60,835 bases of DNA, filler included, from Globobulimina sp. (GCA_003354225.1; 13 parts of 13 records of this genome joined end to end with filler, not necessarily neighbours in it), one strand, 5' to 3'. Counted from the whole stretch's first letter, positions 1-11,649 are shown. Notes: generated from the sequence alone by a model not told the origin. Translations and numbers: made by a program.

Positions 1-536
1 TTTATTTGGAGAAACCATATATATCCGATATTCCTCAATATATTTCACAATTATTTCATCAATTTATTAATCAGAAAAAAGACATAAATATAAATTATGC
101 CAATGTTGATAAACATTTTAAGTATCATCATGATGTTTGGGAATGTGATATTTATGGATTTGGAAAAATTAAACAAATATTTGTGTCCTCCTCAAAGACA
201 GAAACCATGAAAATATCATTATTTATTGAATTATGTCCAAAATTAGTTTCATTTACAATTTTTAATGCGAAAGGGAGAGAATATGAGCCATCAATAAATT
301 TAAATGAAGATTTTGTATTTGAGATAATGCGTTGTATTGATTTATTAAATCAAGAAAGAAATATTACATTTACTGAGTTAAAAATTGTAAATCCAATTGA
401 TTCTATTCAAGATTTCATGAATCGAAACAAGCAAACATTTGCAGAAAAAGGTTGGGCATTGCAAACAATCACTTATTCTCATCCAGAACGAGGAGGTGAA
501 TGCTCCAATACTTTATCAATTGATAAATTTAAATAA
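1..536 (+). CDS. C-terminal part of a lineage-expanded family protein (same family as 11650-13656), 5' partial
   Basis: IPQYISQLFHQF..ININY..ELCPKL parallels FSDYIKNLFEYF..ITINF..KFFPSC in the 11650 exon. Confidence 0.55.
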   Translation, partial: YLEKPYISDIPQYISQLFHQFINQKKDININYANVDKHFKYHHDVWECDIYGFGKIKQIFVSSSKTETMKISLFIELCPKLVSFTIFNAKGREYEPSINLNEDFVFEIMRCIDLLNQERNITFTELKIVNPIDSIQDFMNRNKQTFAEKGWALQTITYSHPERGGECSNTLSIDKFK

Positions 537-659
537 ATTGTTTTGTTGCATGTAATATAATATAATTCTTTGTTGGTTTTCTCTCGAAAAACACTAAAGT
601 CTGTCCATGTCTCCCTGAGCGAATATCAATGAAAATACTCCATTCGTATTTCGTACTCA

Positions 660-3422
660 ATGAATAAACGCAATGAAGCAGAAAAAGAAAAAGAAAAAGA
701 AGAAGAAGAAGAATTGCATTTTGATTTCAATTTTGATGATTTAGAGAGTGACTCTGTTGACAATGAAGATATTCTAAGACCATATCAATGGGGTACAAAT
801 ATACAATTTGTTAACATTAATGTGAATCATTTGTCATTTCAAGAAAGAAATAATAATAATAGCCATTTCAAACAATTACATTTGTGTCAAAATGTGTTTT
901 CAGAGAAAGAGGCAAATATTCAATATGACGAAGAAAAGAAAATATGTTATACCGATGACGAAGATGATGAATTAACAGAATACGCCGACTATGAACCTGT
1001 TGAACAGCGAGAAATATCCACATTCCATCCACAATTATATGATATTTGTAGTTTAGAATCATTTCCATTGAATATTTTAGATCTAAATAATAATTCGCTA
1101 TCATTATCCTACGACGCATTGGAATATTTACATTGCAATTTGCCGGATTTTACAGAATTTAATAATTATTTATCTCTGATTTTGACTGAATGCGGCTATA
1201 AACTACGCGTTGCAAATTACATTGCAACAAAGGACAATATGTCCTTAATGATAGCCAATGGCGGGTCGAAAATATTGCATTTCATGGCATATATTTGTAA
1301 TCCAATACGTGATTATGGTACATATCCATTATTAATGTCCACCTTTCCCAGCCATGAATATTATCATTGCGATACGGATTATATTTTAATGCAACAGCGG
1401 GAAGTCAATGGCTTTGCAAATGGTAAATGGATAAAAGTGGGCGATTTGGCGCAATCAATTTGCTTTTCGCGACACAGCCATTTAAATGATATAATCATCG
1501 CAGTCTCGCCGCAAGCAGATAAATTATGCGATATTTTTAGTAATCGGTTTGGTTCTAAATATGTGATTGGCGTACAATACAATGAGAGGAATAAGAAACC
1601 ATTTTCGTGCTCGCAAACTGGCATTTTTTTAAAGTATTTTTATTCATCAATCTTAAATCAGGAATGCGTGGATCGGGCCTTTAAATTGGCGAAAACCAGC
1701 ACTTTGTTGCATGCTCCGCTTCAGACAAACAACGGCAACGCAAATATAAATATAATGTTAAGGACTCGCAACGAGAACAACTCAGCGCGTTATGTAATTT
1801 TCCCTCATTTGCAATTGCAATCTGCCGCTGTGCATACAACGCAGTATAATTCAGAAACAAATATACAAAATCTACAAAATCTAAGTTATAATTTAATAAA
1901 AACGCGTCCATTTATAGGTCGTAGAAAGAATGTCGTCGACTTAATAGCCGCCATAAATAAACATAAAATATGCATTGTAAATGGTAAAGAGAACAATGGC
2001 AAATCGTGTTTGATACAAAACACAGTCCGCCATTTAGTGCAACATTGCTATTTTGATTCATGTTTTCTTATTGATTGCGATAAGAACCACACAAATAAGA
2101 CCTTTATTGATTACTTATGCCATGAAATCGATATTGAGATGAATCTAAACGATTTATTTAGTGATTTGAAGATGAAAATATGTGTAATCATATTAAATAT
2201 AAACAAATGGAAAAATGAGACTGAAATCTATCAATTTATTGACATATTTATACAAAAAAGCAATGGTAAAAGTAAATGCATTCTGTCCACCAATAAAAAT
2301 ATAAAGAATAATAATAAAAATATCGCCATGTTGCATATCGACAAATTACATCGAAAATATATCTCGCAAATATTCCTGTTATTAATTAGCAATAAATATA
2401 AAATGAATGATGTTATAAATCACAACAAATTGCATCAAATATTCAATGGTTCCGCCCGTATTACAAAATGTGTGGCGGAATTTGTAAACTCTATAAACTC
2501 AAAATATAATCACCAATTATCGTTAAATGAAATTGCGACCAAATATCCACAATCTCCATTTGCAAAACATTACACTTTCCAGTCAAAATTAACAGTTTGT
2601 ATACCGGTGCCATGTCCACATCCGACACAACACAAAAAACATAAAATACACTCTGAGTTAGTCGATGAATATGACTCCTTTCCAGACATCGATATTCAGC
2701 ATAAAAATAACAATCAAAGCTTGGATTTTGATGGTTTATCATTTACAACCAAAGCACCCTCACAATCCACGCATACTCATTGCGAATACGACCATGAATT
2801 GCCGGCATTGAACACACTGCGACTATCACCAAAAGACTCTGACGAACCTATTATTGATATGCATGCGGCGAAAACCAATGGTTATAACTCTGGGAGTGGC
2901 AGTTCTGACGATACCCCGTCGCCTCTGAGGATGCACAATTATCACATTCCCAAACAACACATTTATAATTACTATGAATATGAGTATGATTATGGCAATA
3001 TATCGGAAGAAGAGATAACTCATAAAACACATCGCAAAGACAACTCCGTGGTGGTATTATTTGGCAAACATAGATCAAATATTTCTTTCTCAAACCAACA
3101 GTTAAACGATGTGACAGATTCGTTGTCGCTCAAATTACTAAATCAAGACTCTCAAAGTGAGGCAGAGGAGGATGACAATGATGGATTGGGCAATGTGGTG
3201 AATTTAAATGTCATTGCACATTTATCGCGCATTAAGGATAGCGATGCGCGCGCCATTTGGGTGCAAGCTGGCCATGGCTCGGATGATTACAATCAATACG
3301 GATATCTGTACAAATTATACCCATTTTTAATTAAGAAATTCCAATTTATGACCCGTACCAAGCGTAATCATCCGTGTTTGCTGGAATTGGAATATTATGG
3401 CACTTTATTATTATATTGTTAA
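660..3422 (+). CDS. Degenerate CHAT (caspase-like) domain + STAND/NB-ARC-like P-loop NTPase protein
   Basis: FIGR..VNGKENNGKS Walker A context. Upstream KILHFMAY / IIAVSPQA / KYFYSSIL..VDRAFKLA match CHAT motif spacing but lack the catalytic His/Cys. Confidence 0.6.
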   Translation: MNKRNEAEKEKEKEEEEELHFDFNFDDLESDSVDNEDILRPYQWGTNIQFVNINVNHLSFQERNNNNSHFKQLHLCQNVFSEKEANIQYDEEKKICYTDDEDDELTEYADYEPVEQREISTFHPQLYDICSLESFPLNILDLNNNSLSLSYDALEYLHCNLPDFTEFNNYLSLILTECGYKLRVANYIATKDNMSLMIANGGSKILHFMAYICNPIRDYGTYPLLMSTFPSHEYYHCDTDYILMQQREVNGFANGKWIKVGDLAQSICFSRHSHLNDIIIAVSPQADKLCDIFSNRFGSKYVIGVQYNERNKKPFSCSQTGIFLKYFYSSILNQECVDRAFKLAKTSTLLHAPLQTNNGNANINIMLRTRNENNSARYVIFPHLQLQSAAVHTTQYNSETNIQNLQNLSYNLIKTRPFIGRRKNVVDLIAAINKHKICIVNGKENNGKSCLIQNTVRHLVQHCYFDSCFLIDCDKNHTNKTFIDYLCHEIDIEMNLNDLFSDLKMKICVIILNINKWKNETEIYQFIDIFIQKSNGKSKCILSTNKNIKNNNKNIAMLHIDKLHRKYISQIFLLLISNKYKMNDVINHNKLHQIFNGSARITKCVAEFVNSINSKYNHQLSLNEIATKYPQSPFAKHYTFQSKLTVCIPVPCPHPTQHKKHKIHSELVDEYDSFPDIDIQHKNNNQSLDFDGLSFTTKAPSQSTHTHCEYDHELPALNTLRLSPKDSDEPIIDMHAAKTNGYNSGSGSSDDTPSPLRMHNYHIPKQHIYNYYEYEYDYGNISEEEITHKTHRKDNSVVVLFGKHRSNISFSNQQLNDVTDSLSLKLLNQDSQSEAEEDDNDGLGNVVNLNVIAHLSRIKDSDARAIWVQAGHGSDDYNQYGYLYKLYPFLIKKFQFMTRTKRNHPCLLELEYYGTLLLYC

Positions 3423-3470
3423 TGCAATGGTAGTTAATTTTGTAAGAAATTTCTTATATTAATATTGTTG

Positions 3471-4538
3471 TTAACATGCTCGTGACGCAGTTATGATTGC
3501 ATCACATGGCTCAAAAAAACTAAACAAATTAAGATTTGGGTCTTTATTATTAAATATATTTGCATATTCCTGTAATTTGGAAACAATTTGCTTTAATCCA
3601 ATTTGATTTACAGCCCAAAAATATATTCCGCCATACTTTTTTGGGAATCCATAACCAAATACAGATATAATATCTAAATCACTGGATTTATGCGCATATT
3701 TTTGTGATAATATGAGAAATGCCTCATTTACCGCTGGAAATAAACATATATTAACAATATCTTCATCACTTAATGTATTTTTCACAAATTGTAATTTAAA
3801 TTGTTTTCGATTATTAATATTAAATATAATATCACCAAAAGCATTATCTTCAAATACATTTCTTTCATTGTCATAAATATAAATCCCTTTTTTTGTTTTT
3901 TGTCCCAAACGATTTAAACCAACTAATTTTGATAATAATGAACTATCATAGCAATATTTATATTGTTTTTTCATTTGTTGTTCAATATTATTAAATATAT
4001 CAATACCATACAAATCCATCATTGCCAATGGACCCATTTTCATTCCAAAATTCTCAAAAATACGATCAATGCGATATGGATTAACACCATGTTCTGTTAA
4101 AAAACAAACGCATTCAAAATATGGAAAAAACATGCGATTTGCTGCAAATCCAACACAATTTCCAACAATTACTGCAATTTTATTCAATATTTTCGATATT
4201 TTCCAACAATCACTTATTACCACTGCCGATGTTACATTTGTTCTGACGATTTCTATTAACTTCATCATATGTGTTGGAGAAAAAAAATGTAATCCAATAA
4301 TTCGGGATTTAACGGATGTACTCAAACTATTTGAAATTTTATCAATATCAATGGTTGAAGTATTTGTTGCAAAAATACATTTATTATTACAAACAGTTGC
4401 TAATTGTTTGAATATCTCTTGTTTTGATGATAACTCTTCAAACACTGTTTCAATGCATATCACCATATCAACCGTATTAAATCCATGATAATCATACGCG
4501 ATGGATTTGCAATTTAGCAATATCATAATAGCATGCAC
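3471..4538 (-). CDS. 3-hydroxyacyl-CoA dehydrogenase (C-terminal half of beta-oxidation multifunctional protein), 5' partial
   Basis: FATNTSTIDI, IGLHFFSP, GNCVGFAANR, GMKMGP, RLGQKTKKG, GYGFP motifs. Confidence 0.92.
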   Translation of the reverse strand: MHAIMILLNCKSIAYDYHGFNTVDMVICIETVFEELSSKQEIFKQLATVCNNKCIFATNTSTIDIDKISNSLSTSVKSRIIGLHFFSPTHMMKLIEIVRTNVTSAVVISDCWKISKILNKIAVIVGNCVGFAANRMFFPYFECVCFLTEHGVNPYRIDRIFENFGMKMGPLAMMDLYGIDIFNNIEQQMKKQYKYCYDSSLLSKLVGLNRLGQKTKKGIYIYDNERNVFEDNAFGDIIFNINNRKQFKLQFVKNTLSDEDIVNICLFPAVNEAFLILSQKYAHKSSDLDIISVFGYGFPKKYGGIYFWAVNQIGLKQIVSKLQEYANIFNNKDPNLNLFSFFEPCDAIITASRAC

Positions 4539-4594
4539 GCCTGACAGGACGTGAATCTATGGTGGGAAATGGTTCTATAGCTTTCTATAGTTGG

Positions 4595-4694
4595 NNNNNN
4601 NNNNNNNNNNNNNNNNNNNNNNNNNNNNNNNNNNNNNNTTAATTAATTAANNNNNNNNNNNNNNNNNNNNNNNNNNNNNNNNNNNNNNNNNNNN
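4595..4694. other. Artificial contig linker (first of 12; others at 9286, 13977, 18668, 23358, 28047, 32735, 37421, 42107, 46792, 51475, 56156)
   Basis: Identical N44-TTAATTAATTAA-N44 blocks with stops in all six frames. Flanking contigs decrease monotonically from 4594 to 4580 bp. Confidence 0.99.
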
Positions 4695-5406
4695 GATCAA
4701 CATATCCAAAGTTTAGATGGGCAATTATCATGCACCCATAAGTTTACCATTGGTATAAGAAAGTAGTATTTATAGTGGTTTGTATTGGTAAGTTTAGAAA
4801 AAAAAGGAATAATTATATAAAGCGGTGACGTATGTCTCAGTTGCTTATTGCAGAAGGTATGGATTTTATTCCATTCAAACACGCAAATTTGAAACTTGTT
4901 TCAAATTCAGCGCATATACATTAGGGCTACCTATGTATACAAAGATTCATAGTTGCGAAACCCCGCAAACCCAGGATTTCACTGTATGCAGGGAATTGGA
5001 TCTATATCTGCAACGGTAAAAATATAAAGTGCCATATCACTCTCAAGACATGACTAATTTTTATATCAATTATCCATTATTATGGTTTCCTTTGTGGTAA
5101 CCAAAATTCATCCACCTCCTTGACCTACACACCATAACCTATTCGTTTCCACAAATTTGATATGCGGAAATGCGGTAATCCTTTCCAATGATTCGTATCC
5201 TCCATGAAATAATAATATTCCAATAATAAAATACAATCCTATCCAAATTCCAGTTTCCCATTCATGTGTACCTAAATAAGTCTTTCATTTCCTATACAAA
5301 CATAAAAGACAGCAAGAAAAATGACGAGAGACCAGAGTGGTGAACCTAAAGTTGGAAAACAAGCATTTGGCTGACACAATTTTGAGAGTCAAAACAAGTT
5401 TTCAGT

Positions 5407-5853
5407 TTGCTGTGTGTTGAGGAATTAAAAGAAAATCTTTTATTGTATTTGAAATCATTGAATGTCAGTAAAATTGCAATGAATGAGTCAGTCATTCTGA
5501 TGCAATCTGTCACTGATTCATGCATACAATTAATAAATACAGCCATGTACGCACAAAGAGATGATGTAAAAAATGGCAATCAAAGCCAATATAATCCAGT
5601 TAAATTGATATGGAATATCTATTATATTTACACTGGCACTGCATTGGAGGATAAATGTAAAGAATATCGGAATATGTTGGATTCATTGCAAAGATCAACC
5701 AAGCGAGTAATGACAATGCAACGTGATTTTGTACGACATACTAAATTCTCGCGATTGATACAACTGGTCAGAGATAATTTAGATTTGGAATTACTGTCTC
5801 AAATCACGGCAACCATAAACTTCCTCGACGAATTGCTGTTTTTTGAGTCTTGA
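5407..5853 (+). CDS. Hypothetical helical protein (start uncertain)
   Basis: 148-aa ORF only. Confidence 0.4.
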   Translation: MLCVEELKENLLLYLKSLNVSKIAMNESVILMQSVTDSCIQLINTAMYAQRDDVKNGNQSQYNPVKLIWNIYYIYTGTALEDKCKEYRNMLDSLQRSTKRVMTMQRDFVRHTKFSRLIQLVRDNLDLELLSQITATINFLDELLFFES

Positions 5854-5906
5854 AATAAAGGCTGCGTTTCACTGTTTTTTTTTATATCTACATTTATACT
5901 CAAAGC

Positions 5907-7526
5907 ATGGCAGCAGTGGTGTCGAGTCTGTCGACAATGGAAGGAAGTACGGGCGAAGAGAATGATGACAACAACGAAGCCTCACAAAGTCTGAAATCAT
6001 GGATGGTAAACAATGGCAAGAATTTAAAGAACAAAACCTACCAAATTTTAAGTGATGAAGGAATCGAAACCATACAAGATTTTAAAGATTTTACCATCGA
6101 TGATTTCGAGCAAATGTGCACTGAGATGGACACATCCATTGCTTATGGCGATAGGGTTAAATTAAAACGAGTCTTAGAATCATTTTCATCTAAAGATAAA
6201 TTCGTCGATCCTCAAGAAATTGAAGCAATTGAAAATATTAAAAATGAAATGAAAAAATTAAAGAATATATTTCAAAATTTAAATACAACGCAAACTCAAA
6301 TTAATCAAAAAAAAGAAACAATGACAAAAAATATCAATAATACATTTGAAGAATTAATAACGGGATTTACAAACAGACGAAAACAATTATTATCAGAGTT
6401 GGATAATATGGTAAATGCAAAGAATGAGATGATTCATAAACAGATTGATATCGTAAATAAAAATATGCAAAATTACGCCCAACAAACACAAAAATGTCAA
6501 CAAATGGTACGGAAACGTATTGAGTTAAGTGAGGTTAAAGCAAGAAAATCACAAATTATGCGGATCAGAGATGATGTTGTCAAGGAAAATAAAAATGTTA
6601 TGAATCTTATCAGTGATAATAAAGTGAATACAAATATATTATTTATGATTGAAAAAGATGATATAATTACATATTTAAAAGGAATCGGGGTCGTTACAGA
6701 CAGTGCATTGGTAAAATTGATTGATTTGCAAGGTAATGGTGAAGGTCATGTGGATGTTATATGGAAATTGTTGAACAAGAAACTGGCAACGAAATATGAT
6801 AAAGTACGAGTTGAATGGAGTGTAGTTACACAAAACGACGATGATGAGAAAAAGCAAGATAATGTATGGAAATATGAGGTGATATCGGTTGAAGATGAAA
6901 AAGAGGATATAAAAAGAGTTCAAATGAAGGTAGATGCAGTTGGATTATATTCGTTTCGAGTGAGAGTGTGTGACAGCAAAAATATTTGGACACAATATTC
7001 AAACACTAAAGCAATACAAATTAGAGTCTGTGCATCAGATACTTGGTTTGAACAAATTATTGGCAAAAACATAAATATTGGACAGAAAGGAATTGTTGTT
7101 TTTGATAAGGTTGGGTATTCTATCTGGCATTCAGTTTATGGAAATAAAGTTGTTAAACCAAATGAGTGCTATGAGTGGAAATTAAAGATGAATGCTGATT
7201 TTACATCAGGTTATTTATACATTGGTATCATTCCCGATGATGAGACATTGTTAAAACAAAAAATCAATGTTAATACTGACGATCATTTTGTATATGTTGC
7301 ACATGGTGGTTATTTAAGGAATCCATCAAATGGATCATTTCCAAAAGCAAAATTTATGAAAAAGGGAGATATATTAAGATTAAAATTGGATTTACAGAAT
7401 AATGAGGTGACTATGAATATCAATGGTGTCAAATATGGCGCAGTGCCGAATTACAGACCACAGACACAAAATTATAGACTTTCTGTATCTGTTTACAATC
7501 AACCGTGTAAATTACAATTGATGTAA
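5907..7526 (+). CDS. SAM-like + coiled-coil + FN3-like + B30.2/SPRY protein (TRIM-like C-terminal architecture)
   Basis: SAM-like LKSWM..GDRVKL, long heptad region, YSFRVRV..WTQYS FN3 end, SPRY YEWKLK..YIGII..GDILRLKLDL..YRLSVS. Confidence 0.8.
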   Translation: MAAVVSSLSTMEGSTGEENDDNNEASQSLKSWMVNNGKNLKNKTYQILSDEGIETIQDFKDFTIDDFEQMCTEMDTSIAYGDRVKLKRVLESFSSKDKFVDPQEIEAIENIKNEMKKLKNIFQNLNTTQTQINQKKETMTKNINNTFEELITGFTNRRKQLLSELDNMVNAKNEMIHKQIDIVNKNMQNYAQQTQKCQQMVRKRIELSEVKARKSQIMRIRDDVVKENKNVMNLISDNKVNTNILFMIEKDDIITYLKGIGVVTDSALVKLIDLQGNGEGHVDVIWKLLNKKLATKYDKVRVEWSVVTQNDDDEKKQDNVWKYEVISVEDEKEDIKRVQMKVDAVGLYSFRVRVCDSKNIWTQYSNTKAIQIRVCASDTWFEQIIGKNINIGQKGIVVFDKVGYSIWHSVYGNKVVKPNECYEWKLKMNADFTSGYLYIGIIPDDETLLKQKINVNTDDHFVYVAHGGYLRNPSNGSFPKAKFMKKGDILRLKLDLQNNEVTMNINGVKYGAVPNYRPQTQNYRLSVSVYNQPCKLQLM

Positions 7527-7615
7527 CTATTCAGTTAAATAATTACAAAATTTTTCACATTTTTTTAACTTTTTTAATCCACCACCTTTAAGCCAACGTA
7601 CAAGCCATTTTCCCA

Positions 7616-9064
7616 ATGGATAATTTATCACATCAACAAAGATCGAGTATCCGTAAGGCACGTCTGCGAGATCCAATTGTGTCTGTTTTTATGCACAATA
7701 ATCCAAACAGATGTTATTCACTCTCTGTGCCAACATCAAAAGCATGGCCAGATTTTATCAATAAAATACAAAAACAATTTAAAATACCATCACATTCAAC
7801 AATCACTCTGTACCAATCACCTTTAAACCATCCAACTGATACAGAAATAAACTTAGACGACATGCATCAATACGACATAGAAAACACCACTATGAATAAA
7901 ATAAAACATAAATATAAATTTTGCGCTAAAATCACGACCAAGCAACAAAGCGATGGTGACTTTGAGAACAAACAAAATGATAAAAAACAGCAAAAAAACG
8001 GGAAAAATAGTAAAAAAAATCGACGAAATAGCAGATCAGATACAGAGTCTTCATCTTCATCATCCACAGAATCTGATTATTCAGAAAAGAAAGACAACGA
8101 ATCACAAAAAGAGAGCTCGTTTGGAATAGATTTGGATATTTTCGATAGAATATGCACAGCCAAAAAACCACAATCTTCCAAAAAGAATAGCAAAGCAATA
8201 TATCACTATCATCCAACCTCAGCCATCCAGTCTTTAGACTTTCATTTAAAAAATACATGGTTGGAGCTCAAAACACACCCAATGACAGTCAAACATATAG
8301 GCGATGATTACAGTACCATGCAAGATAAAAACAAACAATTTTGTTTACGGTAAGTTATGTTAACCTTACTTTAAAAACTTACTTTAAAATCACTGTGTTC
8401 AACATGTCACTTACACAGCACTCGGCGCCTGATTTGGCCACGAAACTTGCAATTTATGCAACAAGAGTTTGAATACAAATTGAGTGACATTTCAAGTACC
8501 TGGATATGGGCCATATTAATTCTCCACGGTGGTAAATTTGCGGGGGCTGTGTATCATGGAAATACAATGATTTTACATAAAACTTTGAAACGTTATGTCG
8601 TTCGCAAGAAACAAGGTAAGCGGCAAGTAAATCATTTATCGACTTCAGGAGTAAAAACAGGCTCTGCCGGCGGCTATAAACGATCATGGAATGAACAGAA
8701 ATTATTGCAAGAAATCCGCGAAATATTATCAAATTGGATGGAGAATTTGTCTGTGGATTGTGATAAAATATTTGTTCATGTGCCTGGTGTGTACAATAAA
8801 ATGACTATTTATGGGAATAATGAGGAACAAAACTATTTATATCCACAGCAAAATGGAGCATTAAATGAACAGTTATCGCGGGAGCGATTGATTGAAATTA
8901 AAAACAAAAATAAAAATAAAAATGTAAATCTATATCGATTATATAAAAAAGACGAACGCATAATGCAAATTCCAATAACTACGCATAGAGTGACATTGAA
9001 GGAGGTGGCGAGAGTTCATTATTGGTTATCGACGTGTTGGTTAGCTAGAAAGAACGTGTTGTGA
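7616..9064 (+). CDS. VLRF1 (Vms1/ANKZF1-type release-factor homologue) protein; 2 exons, intron 8350-8418
   Basis: GGKFAGAVY..HKTLKRYVVRKKQGKRQ..GSAGGYKRSWNEQKL..IPITTHR. The GTAAG..ACAG intron joins both ORFs in frame. Confidence 0.85.
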
Positions 9065-9285
9065 TTTTCTTCAAATGTTGTGCAGACCAATAACAATATT
9101 TCCTAGTCCCCAAAGATCTGCAAAATAAAAGTTTTTTAAAAACAGCTTTTCGTGGAGCATGGCAGAAACTTCCACCACTATTTGGAAGCTGTGAAGCACA
9201 GATTTGTGTTAGGCACATCTTTGGGGACTAGGAAATATGGTTATTGGTCTGCACAACATTTGAAGAAAATCACAACACGTTCTTT
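9049..9285. repeat. 69-bp inverted repeat (9049-9117 vs 9217-9285) running to the contig end
   Basis: Arms are reverse complements with one mismatch. Confidence 0.9.
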
Positions 9286-9385
9286 NNNNNNNNNNNNNNN
9301 NNNNNNNNNNNNNNNNNNNNNNNNNNNNNTTAATTAATTAANNNNNNNNNNNNNNNNNNNNNNNNNNNNNNNNNNNNNNNNNNNN

Positions 9386-10458
9386 TAAAATGGATCTTTG
9401 TGGGTGGCAAAGGCGGAGTGGGTAAAACCACCACATCATGTTCGTTGGCCGTAACATTAGCACTCAAACATTCCGACCCTGCGGCCGCTAAAAAAATCCT
9501 AATCATCTCTACCGACCCAGCGCATAACTTATCGGATGCGTTTGGCCAACAACTCGGCCCAAACCCGGTCCAAATCAACGGCATTGATAACTTATTTGCC
9601 ATGGAAATCGATCCCAAAGTCAAATTCAACGATGACGATGCCAACGGAATCAATCTCGGCGATGAACAGAAGAGCTCCTTGAATTTTTTAACTGAAATCT
9701 CGTCGTCGGTGCCCGGCATTGATGAGGCGATGTCCTTTAATGAGTTAATGAAACACGTTAAAAAACAGGATTACGACATTATAATTTTCGACACGGCGCC
9801 GACGGGGCATACCATTCGCTTATTGTCCTTCCCCACGGTGCTCCAAAAAGCCTTAACCAAATTGGATGGGTTGAAAAATAAATTTGGTGGCTTATTTAGC
9901 AATTTTGCAAACGCTTTGAACTCGCAACAGAACCCAAGTATGAACAGCAATGATTATAGTAAATTGTCTGGAAAGTTGGAGGAAATGAAACAATCCATCA
10001 AAGACATAAAGGATATGTTTGAAAATGACGATTTGACCACTTTTGTCTGTGTCTGTATCCCAGAGTTTTTATCCTTGTACGAGACGGAGAGATTGGTGCA
10101 GAAATTGGCGACATTCGGCATCGATACACATAATATCGTCATCAATCAAGTGCTGTTTCCAGAGAAGAATACAAAACACGAATGTACGCGGTGCAAAGCG
10201 AGGGTGAAAATGCAGGCGAAATATATTGAACAGTTTAATGATTTGTATCCGGATTTCCATTTGACAAAAATACCGTTAATGTCGCAGGAAGTGCGCCATA
10301 TTGACAAATTAAAGAAATTTGCGCATTTATTGGTGCATCCGTATGAGGAGGAATATAATAAAGAAGACTTTGATGAAAAGGAATTTTTTAAGGATTTTGA
10401 TGATGTGGGCGAGGAGGAAACAGATGAGAATACAAAGAATGTTTTAGATATTGATTAG
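9386..10458 (+). CDS. GET3: GET3/ASNA1 (TRC40) tail-anchored protein targeting ATPase, 5' partial
   Basis: KWIFVGGKGGVGKTT, ISTDPAHNLSDAF, PGIDEAMSF, FDTAPTGHT, CIPEFLSLYETERL, CxxC. Confidence 0.96.
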
Positions 10459-10555
10459 TTTTTTTTCTGATAGCACGTTTTAATTTAATTTTCATTTTAG
10501 AATTTTCGAGAAATTATTTAGTTGCTTGCATATAACATTATTGTTAGTACAGTGG

Positions 10556-11515
10556 TTAGATATAGTTACCAGATAACCATTTGATAAACAGTTCATAAGA
10601 GATGATACCACCGATTAAATCCGGTCCTGTGGACAATAATCTGGCAAAAAAACCTTTTCTTAACAAGGTACGAATGCCTTCGACTTTCATTAAATTAGAC
10701 GCGTTTTGGTATGCGTTTATTAGGTGATACCACTTATTCCGATGGTTGACGGTTTGAATGTAACTAAAATGCAAGCCTCTGGTGCCTGAGGCTTGGATTC
10801 TACAACGCAAGGTATCCATCGGTTGTGTGATATAAATGGCTAAGACACCACTCCATAATGAAGATAATAAGATGCAAGGAATCGTTTCTAAGTCTTTGTT
10901 TACAGTCATATTATCCAACTGCATATCATGTCCGTTCATAAAATACACATAGGCACGTTTTGTAAATTCATAATTGATTAGAAATAGTGAACACATTGGA
11001 CCCAAGGTACATAAATTTATGAAATATCCTTTCCAAAATCCATGCAAACCTTCCCGTAATAAGATTGCCTGTGCAATACGTTTTGGTGTGTTGTAAAACT
11101 GTGTACATTGTGCTTTTTGTACGATGGTATCTTGCGGCGTCCAAAATAAACAGCCAGTGATGGTGGAAGGGATGGACGATAGACCTTCGATCATGGACGA
11201 TGACAATGTTAGATCTCCACGCGAATAATATCCCAAATGATTAAATAATTGTTTACATTTTGTATATGTTGCGAAATAACAGATTGTTGCTGGTGCATCA
11301 AATAAGAATACCCATGAAACTCCTTTATATAAGCCACGAATCCCATTTTTATTATAAATGGATATAAATCCGTGCAGCATGTTGTTGTGTTTTAATACGT
11401 TTGCTTGTTGTTGGGTGCGTATTAAATCAATCGGATAAGGCAGACATATTGTGGTTAAACTACTAAATATTGAACCATACAAAATATCACTAAAATGTTG
11501 AAACTCTTCCGACAT
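10556..11515 (-). CDS. Mitochondrial carrier family (SLC25) protein
   Basis: Three PxD/ExxK/R signatures (PIDLIR, PQDTIV, PMDTLR) with GIRGLYKG and GLHGFWKG. Confidence 0.92.
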   Translation of the reverse strand: MSEEFQHFSDILYGSIFSSLTTICLPYPIDLIRTQQQANVLKHNNMLHGFISIYNKNGIRGLYKGVSWVFLFDAPATICYFATYTKCKQLFNHLGYYSRGDLTLSSSMIEGLSSIPSTITGCLFWTPQDTIVQKAQCTQFYNTPKRIAQAILLREGLHGFWKGYFINLCTLGPMCSLFLINYEFTKRAYVYFMNGHDMQLDNMTVNKDLETIPCILLSSLWSGVLAIYITQPMDTLRCRIQASGTRGLHFSYIQTVNHRNKWYHLINAYQNASNLMKVEGIRTLLRKGFFARLLSTGPDLIGGIISYELFIKWLSGNYI

Positions 11516-11649
11516 TATGTGTCAAGTTAAAATTATTTAACCTAAAACATGCATGCTGAGTAAGCCATTATCTCTCGGAACTCATCGTCAATGAGTTGGT
11601 GGTTGCGAAAAATAATAAATTAATAGAATACAAACAAAAAAAATGAACA

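Noticed and set aside
4595-4694. Regularly spaced TTAATTAATTAA elements every ~4.69 kb
   Set aside because: Artificial concatenation linkers. Gene neighbourhoods across them, and ORFs ending in X..LIN or X..N, are meaningless.
4695-5340. Possible gene on the minus strand
   Set aside because: All frames have stops and no recognisable motif; may be a decayed gene but cannot be supported.
9386-10458. Bacterial arsenite pump ATPase ArsA
   Set aside because: Single ATPase domain with Get3-specific insert and CxxC, no ars operon; it is eukaryotic GET3.
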